From an uncultured delta proteobacterium (GTDB taxonomy: Bacteria > Myxococcota_A > Polyangia > Polyangiales > B10-G4), in NCBI GenBank assembly GCA_963727445.1, contig CAVSGI010000016.1:1-64000 (forward strand): DNA of 64,000 nucleotides. The letters run 5' to 3'. The notes under the pieces were generated by a model that searched no databases, had not been told where the DNA came from, and was given only the letters and a program-made list of their open reading frames with translations. A program made the position numbers and the translations under genes. Shown here piece after piece: positions 11,578-22,498 of this stretch; position 1 is the stretch's first letter, and each line of letters begins with the position of its first letter.

Positions 11578-12936
11578 GCGGCTGTCGCCCTTGCGTCGGA
11601 GAGGAGAAGTCGAGAGCGGTCGTCGTTCGTTCGGAGCTCGGGTATCCGCGTCAGCGAGGTGATGACAGCGAAGTGGAGGAAGAATACGGGGCTCTGCATG
11701 AGATTTCCGCCGACCCCGATCAGGATGATCAGAAAGATGAGGGGCAATGCTGCTCCGAGCGGAGTATCCAGGGGTTCCTTCTTGCGCTTCCGCGTACGTA
11801 CGCGTTTTCGAATGTGCAGGACGAGCATCCCCATCATCCAAAGATAGACCAGCAGACCGAGCACCCCCCGCTCGACAAACTGCCCGACGTATTCGTTGTG
11901 AACCCCCAGATTGTGGTGCAACACGCGCGGGTCGTCGAGCTCCGCCATGCGCAACACCTGGCTGTGGTGATAGTAGAGGTACTGGTGAGTGCCGACGCCG
12001 AGGAGATAGTGGTCCAGCGACCCCCCACGCCGACCGCCAGACGTCCGAACGGCCTCGAGCGGTCACGTATGCGTGAGGGTCGTACCTGCTGACGGCACCG
12101 ACCGGCAGCGTGCCGTCCGTGGCCATTTGCGCGAAGCCAGCGGTTGCAACGACCCCTCCGATGGCGAGCGTCGCGAACAGGACGAGGAGCGAGCTCGCGC
12201 CTCGTCGGGTTCGGAACGTGGCCACGACGAGCGCGAGGCAGGCGACCGCGAAGGCGGCCAAGCCTGTCTTCGAACCGGTGAATACGACTGTTCCAGCGAG
12301 AAACACGGTGGCGGCGCCTTTTAGGGCGAGGCCCAGTTTCGAGGTCCGCTTGCGGTAGAGAATCGACGCCAAGACAAGAATGGCGGCGGAGCCCGCGGCC
12401 ATGGCGAGAGAGTTGGGGTTCTTGAAGAACGCCGTGAGTCGCGTGTCGTGCGTACCTCGAGCGACGAACGGATGGAGTGCAACGCTGCTAATTACGCCGA
12501 CGACGTAGGCGAACAGCACCCACTGCATGCGAAACGGCGAGGAGACGCAGTCCTTGATGACGAGATAGGTCAGAAACGCGAAGAACGAGAGGGCAGAGGC
12601 GTTGAGTGCGGCTTCCAAAACTCCGGATCCGTCGAAGACCCTCCAAAACGCCGCGAGAAGTAGACCGAGCGCGAACAGGAAGAGCAGTGACTTGTCGAAG
12701 AGGTCCAGTCGGAGCCGCTTGCGATGCCGGTACAGCGGCCAAGTGACGAGCATCACCATGCCGACGAGGCGGTATGGTTTGAGGATCGTCCGGTTGTTGA
12801 AGAGATCCACGAGCACGTATTCGTAGGAGAGCAGGAACGCATAGAGCATCAGCATCGCCGTCACTGCGAGCTCACCCCGGCCAGGCTTGGGAGCCATTGC
12901 GTTGTTGGCTCGACGGGTTTTCGCTCCCGCGTTCAC
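11574..12936 (-). CDS. O-antigen ligase/polymerase (Wzy_C-like) membrane protein; frameshifted
   Basis: Multiple TM segments plus RLTAFFKNPNSLA, TGSKTG, RSDVW and HNEYVGQFVERGVLG (Wzy_C-type HN motif). Its position among the glycosyltransferases suggests Wzy. Confidence 0.75.
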
Positions 12937-13877
12937 GTCAATACCGAGGGCAGCACGGCGATTACCTGCTCAGCGAGGAAGAGCTCGGTCTTCTGAAACG
13001 ACTCCTCCGTGTTGCCGCCGATGTGGGGGACGATCAGCAAGTTCCGGTTGGCCCGCGCATGCGCTGCGAGGGGGTTGGCGCTCGAGAACGAGTCCTCGCC
13101 ATCCACTACATCCAGGGCGGCGCCCGCGATCCGCCCCTCGCGAAGTGCCGCCAGGAGTGCGCCTTCATCGACGACACCTCCGCGAGACGTGTTGACGAGG
13201 ATGGCGTCAGGTTTCATCGCCCAAGCGCGTCCGCATCGATGAGATGGCGGGTCGTCTCGTCATAGCGCACGTGAAGCGTGACGACGTCCGCAGCACGCAA
13301 GAGCGATTCGAGAGACTCGGCCCTCTCGATTCCGGCGGGTAGATCCGGCCTCGGATTGTAGCCGATGACCCTCATCCCGAGCGCTTGAAGGTAATGGGCG
13401 ACGATGGTCCCGAGACGGCCCAAACCGACGACGCCCGCGGTCTTCTCGAAGAGCTCGCGGCCGCGAAAACAGGTCTCTGTCCCACACGCCGGACTGCACG
13501 GACGCGGCCGCTTCGGGAAGGCGCCTCAGTACAGCGAGCATGAGGGCGAGCGTCAGCTCGGCCGTCGCGCGCACACGCTTCAAGAACTCGGTTTCGCCGC
13601 GAAGGCTGATGACGCGAACCCCGGCCTCCTCGCATGCCGCGACGTCAATGTGGTCCAGCCCGGTCACCGGACAGGCGATGATCCGGCACCGCGCCCCTTC
13701 GAGGTCCTCCCTTCGGATTCGATAGCCGAGACGGAACCAGAACACGTCGCAGTCTGCCAGCGCCTTCGAAACGGTCCCTTCGCAAGGCGCGGCGACGACG
13801 TCAGCAACTGTCTTCAGGCGCGCCAGAGCGGCTTCGCTGAAGTCCTCGGGTTCAGCGATTCGGATCCGCGCTCGCAC
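12933..13877 (-). CDS. D-isomer-specific 2-hydroxyacid dehydrogenase (phosphoglycerate dehydrogenase-like); frameshifted
   Basis: TGLDHID, ATAELTLALML, GLGRLG, DVVTLHV, MKPDAILVNTSRGGVVDE, AALDV and PHIGG. GAGGAG precedes the GTG at 13877, but the frame is continuous with NeuC. Confidence 0.85.
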
Positions 13878-15060
13878 TGGCGTCTCCTCGAGGAACGAAA
13901 GGGTCTTCTGAACGTAAGGTGTGATTTGGGTCAGCTTCGAAGCGAGGTTCTCGGACACGCGCCCCGTGCCGTAGAGCGTGCTGGGGCGATACCGGCCGTG
14001 TTCCAGCTGGGCCCGAATCGTCTGACTGATGACGCCGGCTTCCGGCTCGACCTGAGTGACGTGGCTGTCGTGCTCGCGCCCGTTCTGACGGTCGCCTACC
14101 AGCACGACCGGGGTGCCGAAGAAGCCCGCGTCGCGGACGAAGCTGCTCGAGTTGCCCACAGCGACCGCGGCCGATTGGCGAGCACGCGCAGGTAAGTTTC
14201 CGGTGCCAGGTTCGTGATCGCCCGTAGCCAGTTGGTTCCTCGTGGTCACGGAAGACGCGGATGGCCTTACTGATGTGGTCCGAGCCTGCGTCGATGTTGG
14301 GCCACAAGAGCACCGTCTGCATGCTCAAGCGGCGCAGAGCCTCCAGACAGTGCCCCGATTTCCGGGCGCTCTCGCCGCCAAGTTCGGTCGTCGTCGGATG
14401 GAAGACCACGAGTAGAAACGGCTCATCGACGTCGATCTCGGCGCCCAGCCACGGATTTTTATCACGGAGGGATCGAGCGTACGGTCCAAGCCGAGGGCGA
14501 TGTCGCTCGCTGGGGCAGCCCGACTCCGAGTATCGGTGTCGGGATGTTCGCCCATCCGCATCGAGGTAGCGAAGCCGCGTCGCTTCGTCGCGGGGTAGTG
14601 GTACTGCGAGAACTTGGTGATCGCGTGACGGGTGCTCTCGTCGATCGATCCGTGACCTCCCCCCCCTGCATGTGCACGACCGGAATGTTCATGAATGCGG
14701 CGGCGATGAGGCGGCCATGGCCTCGTAGCGGTCTCCGATCAGCAACGATGAAGTCCGGCGCCAGCCGCTGCAACTCGCCTGCTGAACTCGACGACTGCCG
14801 AAGCCAACGATCTTGGCCATCGTCGCCGGCGTGGAGCCCTCGAGCTCCATGAAGATTTCGCCGTCGAATCCGGGAAGCCGTCGTTCGCGAACGACGTCGC
14901 ACGGGCTGTCCGAAACGCTCGAGGACCATCGTGCCAGCGGCGATCACCAACAGCTCCAGTTCCGGGCGACGTCGATGGCATGCATCACGGGCTTAAGACG
15001 CCCGTAGTTGGCCCGGTCCACGAGGACGACGCACACGCGCCGACGGCCGGTTTCAGACAA
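13878..15060 (-). CDS. neuC: UDP-N-acetylglucosamine 2-epimerase, hydrolysing (NeuC-like); heavily frameshifted
   Basis: TTG start with GGAGG, then RVCVVLVDRANYGRLKPVM, HMQGGEVT, WPNIDAGSD, VGNSSS, VGDRQNGRE and LYGTG. It follows neuB. Confidence 0.8.
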
Positions 15061-16103
15061 GGTGGTCCTCCGCAAGCAAGGTGTCGGCGGAACGGCCGGC
15101 TTGAGCCTGCGGCCCAGTACCTCGCCCAGCGCGCTGCGTTGATGCCGGTGCCGGGTTTCTTGAACGCGATATCGGCTTCGGTCAGGACGGCGCCGGCCTC
15201 GAGGTCCCGAGCGGCGACGATCGACTTCGAGAAAAGTCGCCGGAGGTCGGCGGTCTCCTCAGCCATCCGGTCCTTGTCGACGGTGTTGAACACAATCCTC
15301 TCGACGTGCCGGATTCCGTTCACCAATCGTTCGAGGCCCTCGCGGGTGAGCGAGGAGGAGGTGTCCGGGCCGAAGCAGTCCTTCGAGAAGACGATATGTA
15401 CTTCCACCATGTTTGCCCCGAGCGCTGCGGCGGCGATTCCGGTCTCCGGAACGGCCGAGTGGTCCGACAGGCCGACGGGGCATCCATAGCGCTCCCGGAG
15501 CTCTGCCATGACGTTCAGGCCGATTCTCTCCGGCGGACACGGGTAGGACGTCGTCGTCTGGAAGACGCCCACTTGACCGCCATGGGTCCGCACGTGGCCG
15601 ATTGCGTCGTCGAGCTCCTGCCAAGAGGACATCCCGCTGGAGAGAAGGAGAGGGCGGTCGGTCGCCACCATGCGTTCCAGAAGAGCGTGGTTCGAGACCT
15701 CGCCCGATGCGATCTTCCATGCGGGCATGTCGAGGCGCTCGAGGAGCGCGACGGCTTTGTTCGAGAATGCCGACGAGAGGAACACAAGACCGACCTTCGT
15801 GGCGTGGTCGGCGAGGCCGGCCCATTGCTCGGGTGTGAACTCCATCCGCTGCCAGTACTCGTAGCGAGTCGCGTCCTGTTTGCTGAACTTGACGCGCCAC
15901 GGCTCGCCAGGAGTCGACTCTTCCTTGGCGAAATGCGTCTGGAACTTCACCGCGTCGGCGCCGGCCGCGGCGGCCATGTCGACGTAGGCATGGGCGGCCC
16001 CTAGGCTGCCATCATGGGCCTGCGCGACCTCTGCGATGATGAAGCACGGCTGTCCCGGACCGATGCGACGGCCGGCGATATCGAGATACTCGGGTTGGGC
16101 CAC
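15053..16103 (-). CDS. neuB: N-acetylneuraminate/nonulosonic acid synthase family protein
   Basis: CFIIAEVAQAHDGSL, GADAVKFQTH, WKIASGE, SSGMS, SYPCPPE, GLSDHS and a C-terminal AFP-like KSIVAARDL..KKPGTG. One frameshift near the 3' end. Confidence 0.92.
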
Positions 16104-16270
16104 GGTTGCTCTTGGAGGGTGAGTTGGGCGGCTGTTTGTTGGTGGTCGTTTGGGCCCAAAACGTTCAGGTTCCGGGCGGGGGAATTGGATGGTTTTTGGC
16201 CCTTGGCGTAGGTTCAAGCACACCTCCCCACACCGCGCAACCGCCCGTGTTTGCTAGGGTTGCCCGGTTT

Positions 16271-17484
16271 TTAGAGGTCCGTAGCGAGCACGCGCCCTAG
16301 CGCCCCCACGAAGAGCTCCCGGTCAAAGTGGGCCGCGATGTACCGGTGGCCATTCTCGCCCAGCTCTGGCCGGTTTGGGGCCTCTACTGCCGCCGAGAGC
16401 GCCTCAGCCAGGGCCACTGGATCGCCCGGCCGGACCACCCAGCCACACCTCGCCGAACGCACGATTTCTCCGCACTCACCCTCGACGTTGGTCAGCACGG
16501 GCAGCCGTCCTCCCATGTAGTCGAAGAGCTTGTTGGGGCTGACGCCCGAGCGAAAGAGGGGGATGTCCTTGAGCGTCAGAAGGCCCACCTGACAGCGGCT
16601 GAAGAGAGCCGGGATGGCATTCTTGGGTATGGGGTCCAGAAAGGTCAGGTTGCCGAGACGCAAGGTCTGCGCTCGCTCGACGAGACGCGCCTTCTCCACC
16701 CCGTCTCCCACCAGCACGACGTGGACGCGGTCTTCCCCGCGTTCCTCGAGCGTCTTCGCCGCATCGACGAGGACGTCCAAATCGTTGGCAGGGCCATGGG
16801 CCCCGGCGTAGACGGCGATGAGCTCAGCCTGGGGAGCGTCACCGCCAAGTCTGACGCCTCACCGAACGCCCGAAGATCCACCCCATTCGGGACGTCGTGG
16901 ATCTTCGTCGGGTCCACGCCCCTCCGTGCGATGACCTCCGCATTGTGTCGTGCGAGGACCACGATGGCATCGGCCCGTCGATAGAGGTGATCCGCCAGGA
17001 CGCGGAGAGCACGCGCCGTCACGCCTTCGTGACCGGTCATTTCAATCATGCTCTCCGGCCAGAGGTCCCTGACCTCCATCACGAACCGGACGCCTCGAAT
17101 CGCGGCAGCCTTCTGAGCGCCGAGGGCCGCAAAGAGGGTCGGCGACGAACCGACGAACGCCGTGTCCCTCTCCACGGGAACGCGTAGAAGGTGATGGAAC
17201 GCGGCCTGACCGAAGCGCACCATTCCGGCCGACCGGCGCCAGTCGTTGGTCTCGTGACTCAACGTGTGTAGCCAGTGAAACGGTACGCCGTCGATTACCT
17301 CACGAATGGCGCGTACGTCCCACGCCCGGCGCCGTCGCATGTACTGCCGAGTCGCCAGGTTCAGATCGGAAGCGACGACCGTCACCGGTATGCCAGCCTC
17401 CGTCAATCGCTTCGAGAAGTCGAAGTGGCGGGTGCCGCCGGGTGCGCTCGGGGGGATGGCGAATTGGTTCACCCAATAGTGCAT
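16271..17484 (-). CDS. Glycosyltransferase family 4 (WbuB-like); one frameshift
   Basis: NQFAIPP...GGTRH, GSSPTLF, EVRDLWPES, VPNGVD and SPNKLFDYM. Confidence 0.9.
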
Positions 17485-19488
17485 CAGAGGTCTTTCACCA
17501 GATCCTCGGCGACGGTACGCCGTTCGCCGTGCTCGAAATCTTCCAGAATGCTCTCAGGCAACGGAAGTTCGTGTTCACCCCACCAGACTACGGTCATGAA
17601 GTGGGCGCGCGTGGCGCGCGTGGCGGCCTCGATCGCCAGACAGGGTTCTTTCGACCCGTACGTCTGCGAACACCACCCGAGAACCGAGCTCGCCTCGCCC
17701 CAATGAGAAGAATGGCTTGCGTCGGGTGGTGCGTAGACGCGAATGGAGCCGCGGCCGCTCGTCCAAGCCTCTCCACGACGGTACCAATCAGCTCCAGCCA
17801 GGTTCCAATGAATCCTCAGGGTGTGGGCGTCCGTTCCGGCCAGCTCGTCGAGGACCACGAGCCGGCGAGCCCCATGCACCACCAGGCGCTCGTGCGTCAC
17901 CGTTTGCGCATGGTCGGCATGGCAGCGCGCGAGGATGACGCTGTGGCCCTCGATGCGTGCGTGCCAGACTACCTGCGCATCGCTCCAGTGAGTCCACATG
18001 AAACGCCCGAGCTGCCGCAGCTGATCTTCGTCGTCTATCGATGCCGTGTTGTGGACTCTCGTGCCCGCCAGCCCGTTCCCCCATGGTGCCGCCGCCGTAT
18101 ATGCAAAGGTTCCGGGGTCGACGAGTAGCTCTTCGCCGTTGATACTGAAGTCGACGTGGAGCAGATCTGCATGGGACGAGACGGTGTCGGCGACGATTCG
18201 CGACGAGGAAGAGCGAGGTCGTGTCGTTTCGGGATGAAGCATATCCCGAGCTGCTAACGGAGAGGTCTCGGCGAGGGCGCGGGTCTGGCTGTTCGCGGGA
18301 AGTCAGTCCGAACCACAGCCGCTCCTCGTCCCACGGCCCCGCCGGAAAGAGTGTGTTGCCGCTGACGACCGCCGAGAGATGCTGCAGGAGTGGCCGCATG
18401 TCCCGATACGCGCAGCTCGTGAGCGGGACGATGAGCGCACCGTCGTTGGATCCGTAGTTCGGCAATTGCCCGGTTTCTGGCCGTACGAAGCGGCTCAGGA
18501 ACTCGAGACCGCGCTCGAGCGCATGATCGACGCCGCTCGGCACCTCTGCCTCGAAGTGGCGTCCAATCCATTTGGTGAACAGTAGCGAGTGCAGGAAGAG
18601 ACGGTGGTAGTTGAACGAATCCTGAATGTAGGCGCCGTCCGCGGCAACCTGGTCCGCGAGGATGCGGGGGATGTGTCGCTCAGCCAAACCCCGGAGGCGA
18701 TCCGCCTCGTCCCAGTCGCCGCCCACCACCCCGAGTATCCACAGGCCAATGAGTTCGCTCGTGGTGTGGTTGTTGCGAAGTGATAGCGCGTGGTCGAGCG
18801 TGCTCTCTATCCGGAGGGCAGAGTCGTACAGAAGCTGATCCACCATCGCTCTCCGGCTGATGCTGGTCGACGGGTGCTCGTTCAGGACGCAGCGTGCGAA
18901 GACCAAGCTTAGGCACCGAAGCGTGACCTCCTGACCGCAGTACCAATTGGGGCCGTCGAAGGGCGCGTTGGCGTCGACCCAACTTTCGACGCCACGCCAT
19001 AGCTCCTCGGGATATCGGTCGTCACCCGTCGCGACCCAAGCTCGACAGAGGGCCCATGCAAAGCCGAAGCGACTCGGCTCCCAAACCCACTTGATGTCGC
19101 CCGCCTCCAGATTGGCGGTCGACAGTCGTGACCAGTGACTTTCTGGCCACCGCACTCGGGTCTGGGGATGAAGGCGCCAGTCAGGGGGCCATCCGAGGTC
19201 GGCCCAGGTAGCGGAGAAATAGGGCAGTTGCCCGGCGAGGATGCGTTGTGCGTGCCGCGTCGGTGCTTCGGCAGCGCTTCCGGCGAGTACCCCTGCTGCC
19301 AACGCGGGGGACAGCGTGCGAAACGAACGAAGCGCGGGCGAGGGTCTCGACGCGAGATGGCGGTACGAACCCGTGCGCTTGCGAAACTCGTGGCGCGCGC
19401 GCCGAACCAGGCCTTCCGCCCCGAACGTGCGTGCGACGTCGCGAGCGTCGAGGAGTCGGCGGCGACTTCGTTCTAGGGGACGGCGCAT
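17484..19488 (-). CDS. Heparinase II/III family protein; one frameshift
   Basis: DIKWVWEPSRF, NNHTTSE, QDSFNYHR, PNYGSNDGA, HADLLH, LVDPGTFAY and HNT. Confidence 0.85.
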
Positions 19489-20096
19489 CGGGAGTCGAGA
19501 GCGCGAGCAGGTACGCCGACGGCAGTCACATTGTCGCGGATGTTCTTCACCACGGCAGCTCCGGCGCCGATCCGAGCCCAGGCGCCGACACAGGCGCCAG
19601 GGATTGCGGACGCCCCGGCGCCCACGAGGGTGCCCTCGCCGATGCTCACGGCTCCAGAGAGCGCGACGCCGGGTGCAATGAGCGCGAAGTCACCAATGAT
19701 GCCATCGTGGTCGATGCAAGCCCGCGTATTGATGATGACGTGAGCACCGATACGCGTCCGAGGCTGGATTACAGCCCCCGCGAAGATGACGGTGCCGGGC
19801 CCGACCGCAACGGATTCGTGCACGTACGCCGTTGGATGAATAACGGTCGCGAACTGTGTCTGCAGTGTCGAGGCGACACGCTGTCGGGCACGGTTGTCGC
19901 CTATCCCGACGATGACCGGCGCCCCCGCACGCTCCGCCTGCGCGATGCCGCCCCGAACCGGGACGCCCAGGACGGCTTGTCCCCATTTGGACCGATCGTC
20001 GTCGTAGACGCCGCCGACTTCAAGACCAGCATCGTGGCAGGTCGCGACCACGACAACTGCGTGTCCGCCAGCCCCGACAACGTTCACCCGTTCCAT
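19473..20096 (-). CDS. Sugar N/O-acetyltransferase, PglD/NeuD family
   Basis: VVGAGGHA, GIGDNRAR, IHPTA, hexapeptide repeats, IDHD and VGVPAR. Confidence 0.9.
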   Translation of the reverse strand: MERVNVVGAGGHAVVVVATCHDAGLEVGGVYDDDRSKWGQAVLGVPVRGGIAQAERAGAPVIVGIGDNRARQRVASTLQTQFATVIHPTAYVHESVAVGPGTVIFAGAVIQPRTRIGAHVIINTRACIDHDGIIGDFALIAPGVALSGAVSIGEGTLVGAGASAIPGACVGAWARIGAGAAVVKNIRDNVTAVGVPARALDSRCAVP

Positions 20097-20107
20097 CGCC
20101 TCGCACC

Positions 20108-21196
20108 TTGCCATGGGGGGAGGCCCTTGCAAGACTCCCATGCCTGATGGCGAGAAAACCCCGAAACCGATCGGCGAGAAGCCTCCGCGAAGCGCTCCCA
20201 GCGTGGGTCAACGCGGCGGACCTCCGGGACGCGATCGCCAAACGGCCGACCATCGCTGACTACGAAGAGAAGCTGAAGTCTGCCGACGTCCGAACCGGCG
20301 GCGCAACCGAGGCCTTCCGAGAGGCTGACGTCACGACATCGATCGTCTTTCCCCTGCTGAACTGCGAAGCGACACTCGAAGCCGCGCTGGAGAGCGCGCT
20401 CCAGCAGGCTGGCCATCCCGAGATCGTCGTGGTCGATGGGGGGTCGTCGGATAGCACGCTGTCGATCGTCGAGCGCTACCGGCCCCACATTCACCGGTGG
20501 CTCAGCGAACCCGACCAGGGCATGTACGACGCGATCAACAAAGGCATCGCGCTCTGCCGCGGCAGAATCGTCCACATCCTCAACGGGGACGACCTCCTGC
20601 CGCTCGACTCCGTGGGTTTGGCGATGGACCACTTCCGTGGGCGATCGGATGACGGCTGCCTCCGGGGGTCGCTCGGTCGCGTCGCGCTGGACGGGACGTA
20701 CCGAGAGACCTGGACGCAAGCCAATCGCGCGCGATTCGACCCGGAGCACTTCCCGTTCTTGCACCCGTCTTGGTATGTTCCGCGGGCCGTCTACGAGCGC
20801 CACGGACTCTACCTTCCCTACTTCAGGATCGCGGGCGATCACGAATACGCGCTACACCTCTGGGACGATGGGGTGCGTTTCTCGAGCCTACCCGCTGTGC
20901 TGGCTTTGTTCCGTGAGGGCGGGATGTCAATGAGTGCGACTGGTTGGCATGAGGCGCTCGAGACCTGCGCGGTCTACCTCGGGCGGCCCCGCGCCGCTGC
21001 GCTCTACTCGGAGATGCTCTTCAAGAAGGGCCGCTACGCAGCGGTTTCCCGACTAATTGGACCCGATCGAACGGCGGCCTTGTGGTCACGACTCAAGGAA
21101 ATGCGCCCGGCGAGAACCGATGCCCGGTCGAATCCAATCGACGTTCACCACTCGAACCGACGGTCCAGTGTGTCAGACACGGTATCGAATCGCTGA
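20108..21196 (+). CDS. Glycosyltransferase family 2 (opposite strand to the cluster; start may be ATG 20147)
   Basis: VVVDGGSSDST, SEPDQGMYDAINKG, LNGDD, HPS, IAGDHE and GGMS. Confidence 0.88.
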   Translation: MPWGEALARLPCLMARKPRNRSARSLREALPAWVNAADLRDAIAKRPTIADYEEKLKSADVRTGGATEAFREADVTTSIVFPLLNCEATLEAALESALQQAGHPEIVVVDGGSSDSTLSIVERYRPHIHRWLSEPDQGMYDAINKGIALCRGRIVHILNGDDLLPLDSVGLAMDHFRGRSDDGCLRGSLGRVALDGTYRETWTQANRARFDPEHFPFLHPSWYVPRAVYERHGLYLPYFRIAGDHEYALHLWDDGVRFSSLPAVLALFREGGMSMSATGWHEALETCAVYLGRPRAAALYSEMLFKKGRYAAVSRLIGPDRTAALWSRLKEMRPARTDARSNPIDVHHSNRRSSVSDTVSNR

Positions 21197-22458
21197 TCAC
21201 TACCTGCGAGGTAGGTGTCTCTGGACAGCGTGAGGCCGTCCTCATCATAGTTGAAGACTACTCGCGTCGTTGCCGCGTCATCGAGAGTTTCCCAGACACC
21301 ATCGGGTCCCGCGCCTTCGTAGCTTCTTCGTTCGCGGACCAGACCCTCCTGGGTATGTTCGAAGATGGCGTACGCCGTCCGGAACTCGGCGTCGGCAACC
21401 GTTTCTCCGGAGGCGTTGAGCCTGTACTCGTCGGACCGGATGACCACGCCACGGATGTCGCGCGTGATCGCCGTCCACCCTTCCGCACGCAAGTCATCAT
21501 CCGTTCGCCACACGCCATCGGGGCCGGGGCCGCTGAGAGTCACCCGGGCCTCGCTTCCCGAGCCGTAGAAATACCTGACGCAGTCGCTGATCGCGCCTTC
21601 CGGAGCGACGCGGCAGGAGTATTCGAGGCGATCCCGGTCATCATAGTAGAGGGTTTCCCCGTTCCCCATTTCGTCGTCGTCCGTTCCGAGTTGGTGATCC
21701 GGGCCAGAATTGATGCGACGCGAGGAACGAAGTCCGACGCCATCCCATTCGAGCTCACGCTGGTAGCGGTGCTCGTCATCCGCGGTCCTGTAGACGCCGT
21801 CCGCCCCCGTCGAATCGATTACGCGCACCCAGACATTGTCGCGAAGGTCGTCGAATGCCCAGTTGCTCTGCATGTTCTCCGAGTCATCACTGGTGTGCAT
21901 CACACCGTCGTCGCCCGCATACACATAGGTGGCGCTCCACACATCCTCGTTCTCGTGGAACTCGCCGTCGTACCACTTGAAAACACCCGACTCGCCAAAC
22001 TGAATGAACGAGCTCGATAGATGCAGGCGGGTGAAGAAGCGCCCGTCGTACGTGGGGACGACCTCGCCGGCTGCTGACTTCACACCATCGACCATGACGT
22101 GGTAACGCGCACCCGTCGCGATCGGTCGCACAGGGTCGAGTACGACGCGGACTGCATCGGTGGTGTCGAACTCGACGGGGATCCGACGCAGCGATTCACG
22201 CTCGACCAACCAAATGGTCTCAGGACCGACGGTCGTCGGGTCGTAGGGTTCGCTGAATGTGAGTGTCAGATCCGAAAGAGGGACGGCGTCAGCGCTCTCC
22301 TCCACCGGGTTCGTCAGGCGAACGCTGAGCCCATCGAGAGGCCCCAGGAAGTGGGGATAGTCGGGTTCCGCGTCGAAGAGGTGGATGGGGTCGCCATGGG
22401 CAGCGCAGCCAGAGCCGGCGACGGCCAAGACGAACGGGAGAGCCGTGAGATACCGCAT
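21145..22458 (-). CDS. Lipoprotein with Ig-like (Big_5/SbsA-like) domain and six GxDxxxxTxxD repeats
   Basis: Lipobox MRYLTALPFVLAVAGSGC, an Ig-like segment (TNP...LTFSEPYDPTTV...Y.V.VDGVKS), then GDDGVMHTSDD, GADGVYRTADD, GPDHQLGTDDD, GPDGVWRTDDD, GPDGVWETLDD and GSDQRFDTVSD. Confidence 0.7.
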   Translation of the reverse strand: MRYLTALPFVLAVAGSGCAAHGDPIHLFDAEPDYPHFLGPLDGLSVRLTNPVEESADAVPLSDLTLTFSEPYDPTTVGPETIWLVERESLRRIPVEFDTTDAVRVVLDPVRPIATGARYHVMVDGVKSAAGEVVPTYDGRFFTRLHLSSSFIQFGESGVFKWYDGEFHENEDVWSATYVYAGDDGVMHTSDDSENMQSNWAFDDLRDNVWVRVIDSTGADGVYRTADDEHRYQRELEWDGVGLRSSRRINSGPDHQLGTDDDEMGNGETLYYDDRDRLEYSCRVAPEGAISDCVRYFYGSGSEARVTLSGPGPDGVWRTDDDLRAEGWTAITRDIRGVVIRSDEYRLNASGETVADAEFRTAYAIFEHTQEGLVRERRSYEGAGPDGVWETLDDAATTRVVFNYDEDGLTLSRDTYLAGSDQRFDTVSDTLDRRFEW

Positions 22459-22498
22459 ACCCCACAGAATGCCACGACCCGGTGGCGCTGACGAGTGG

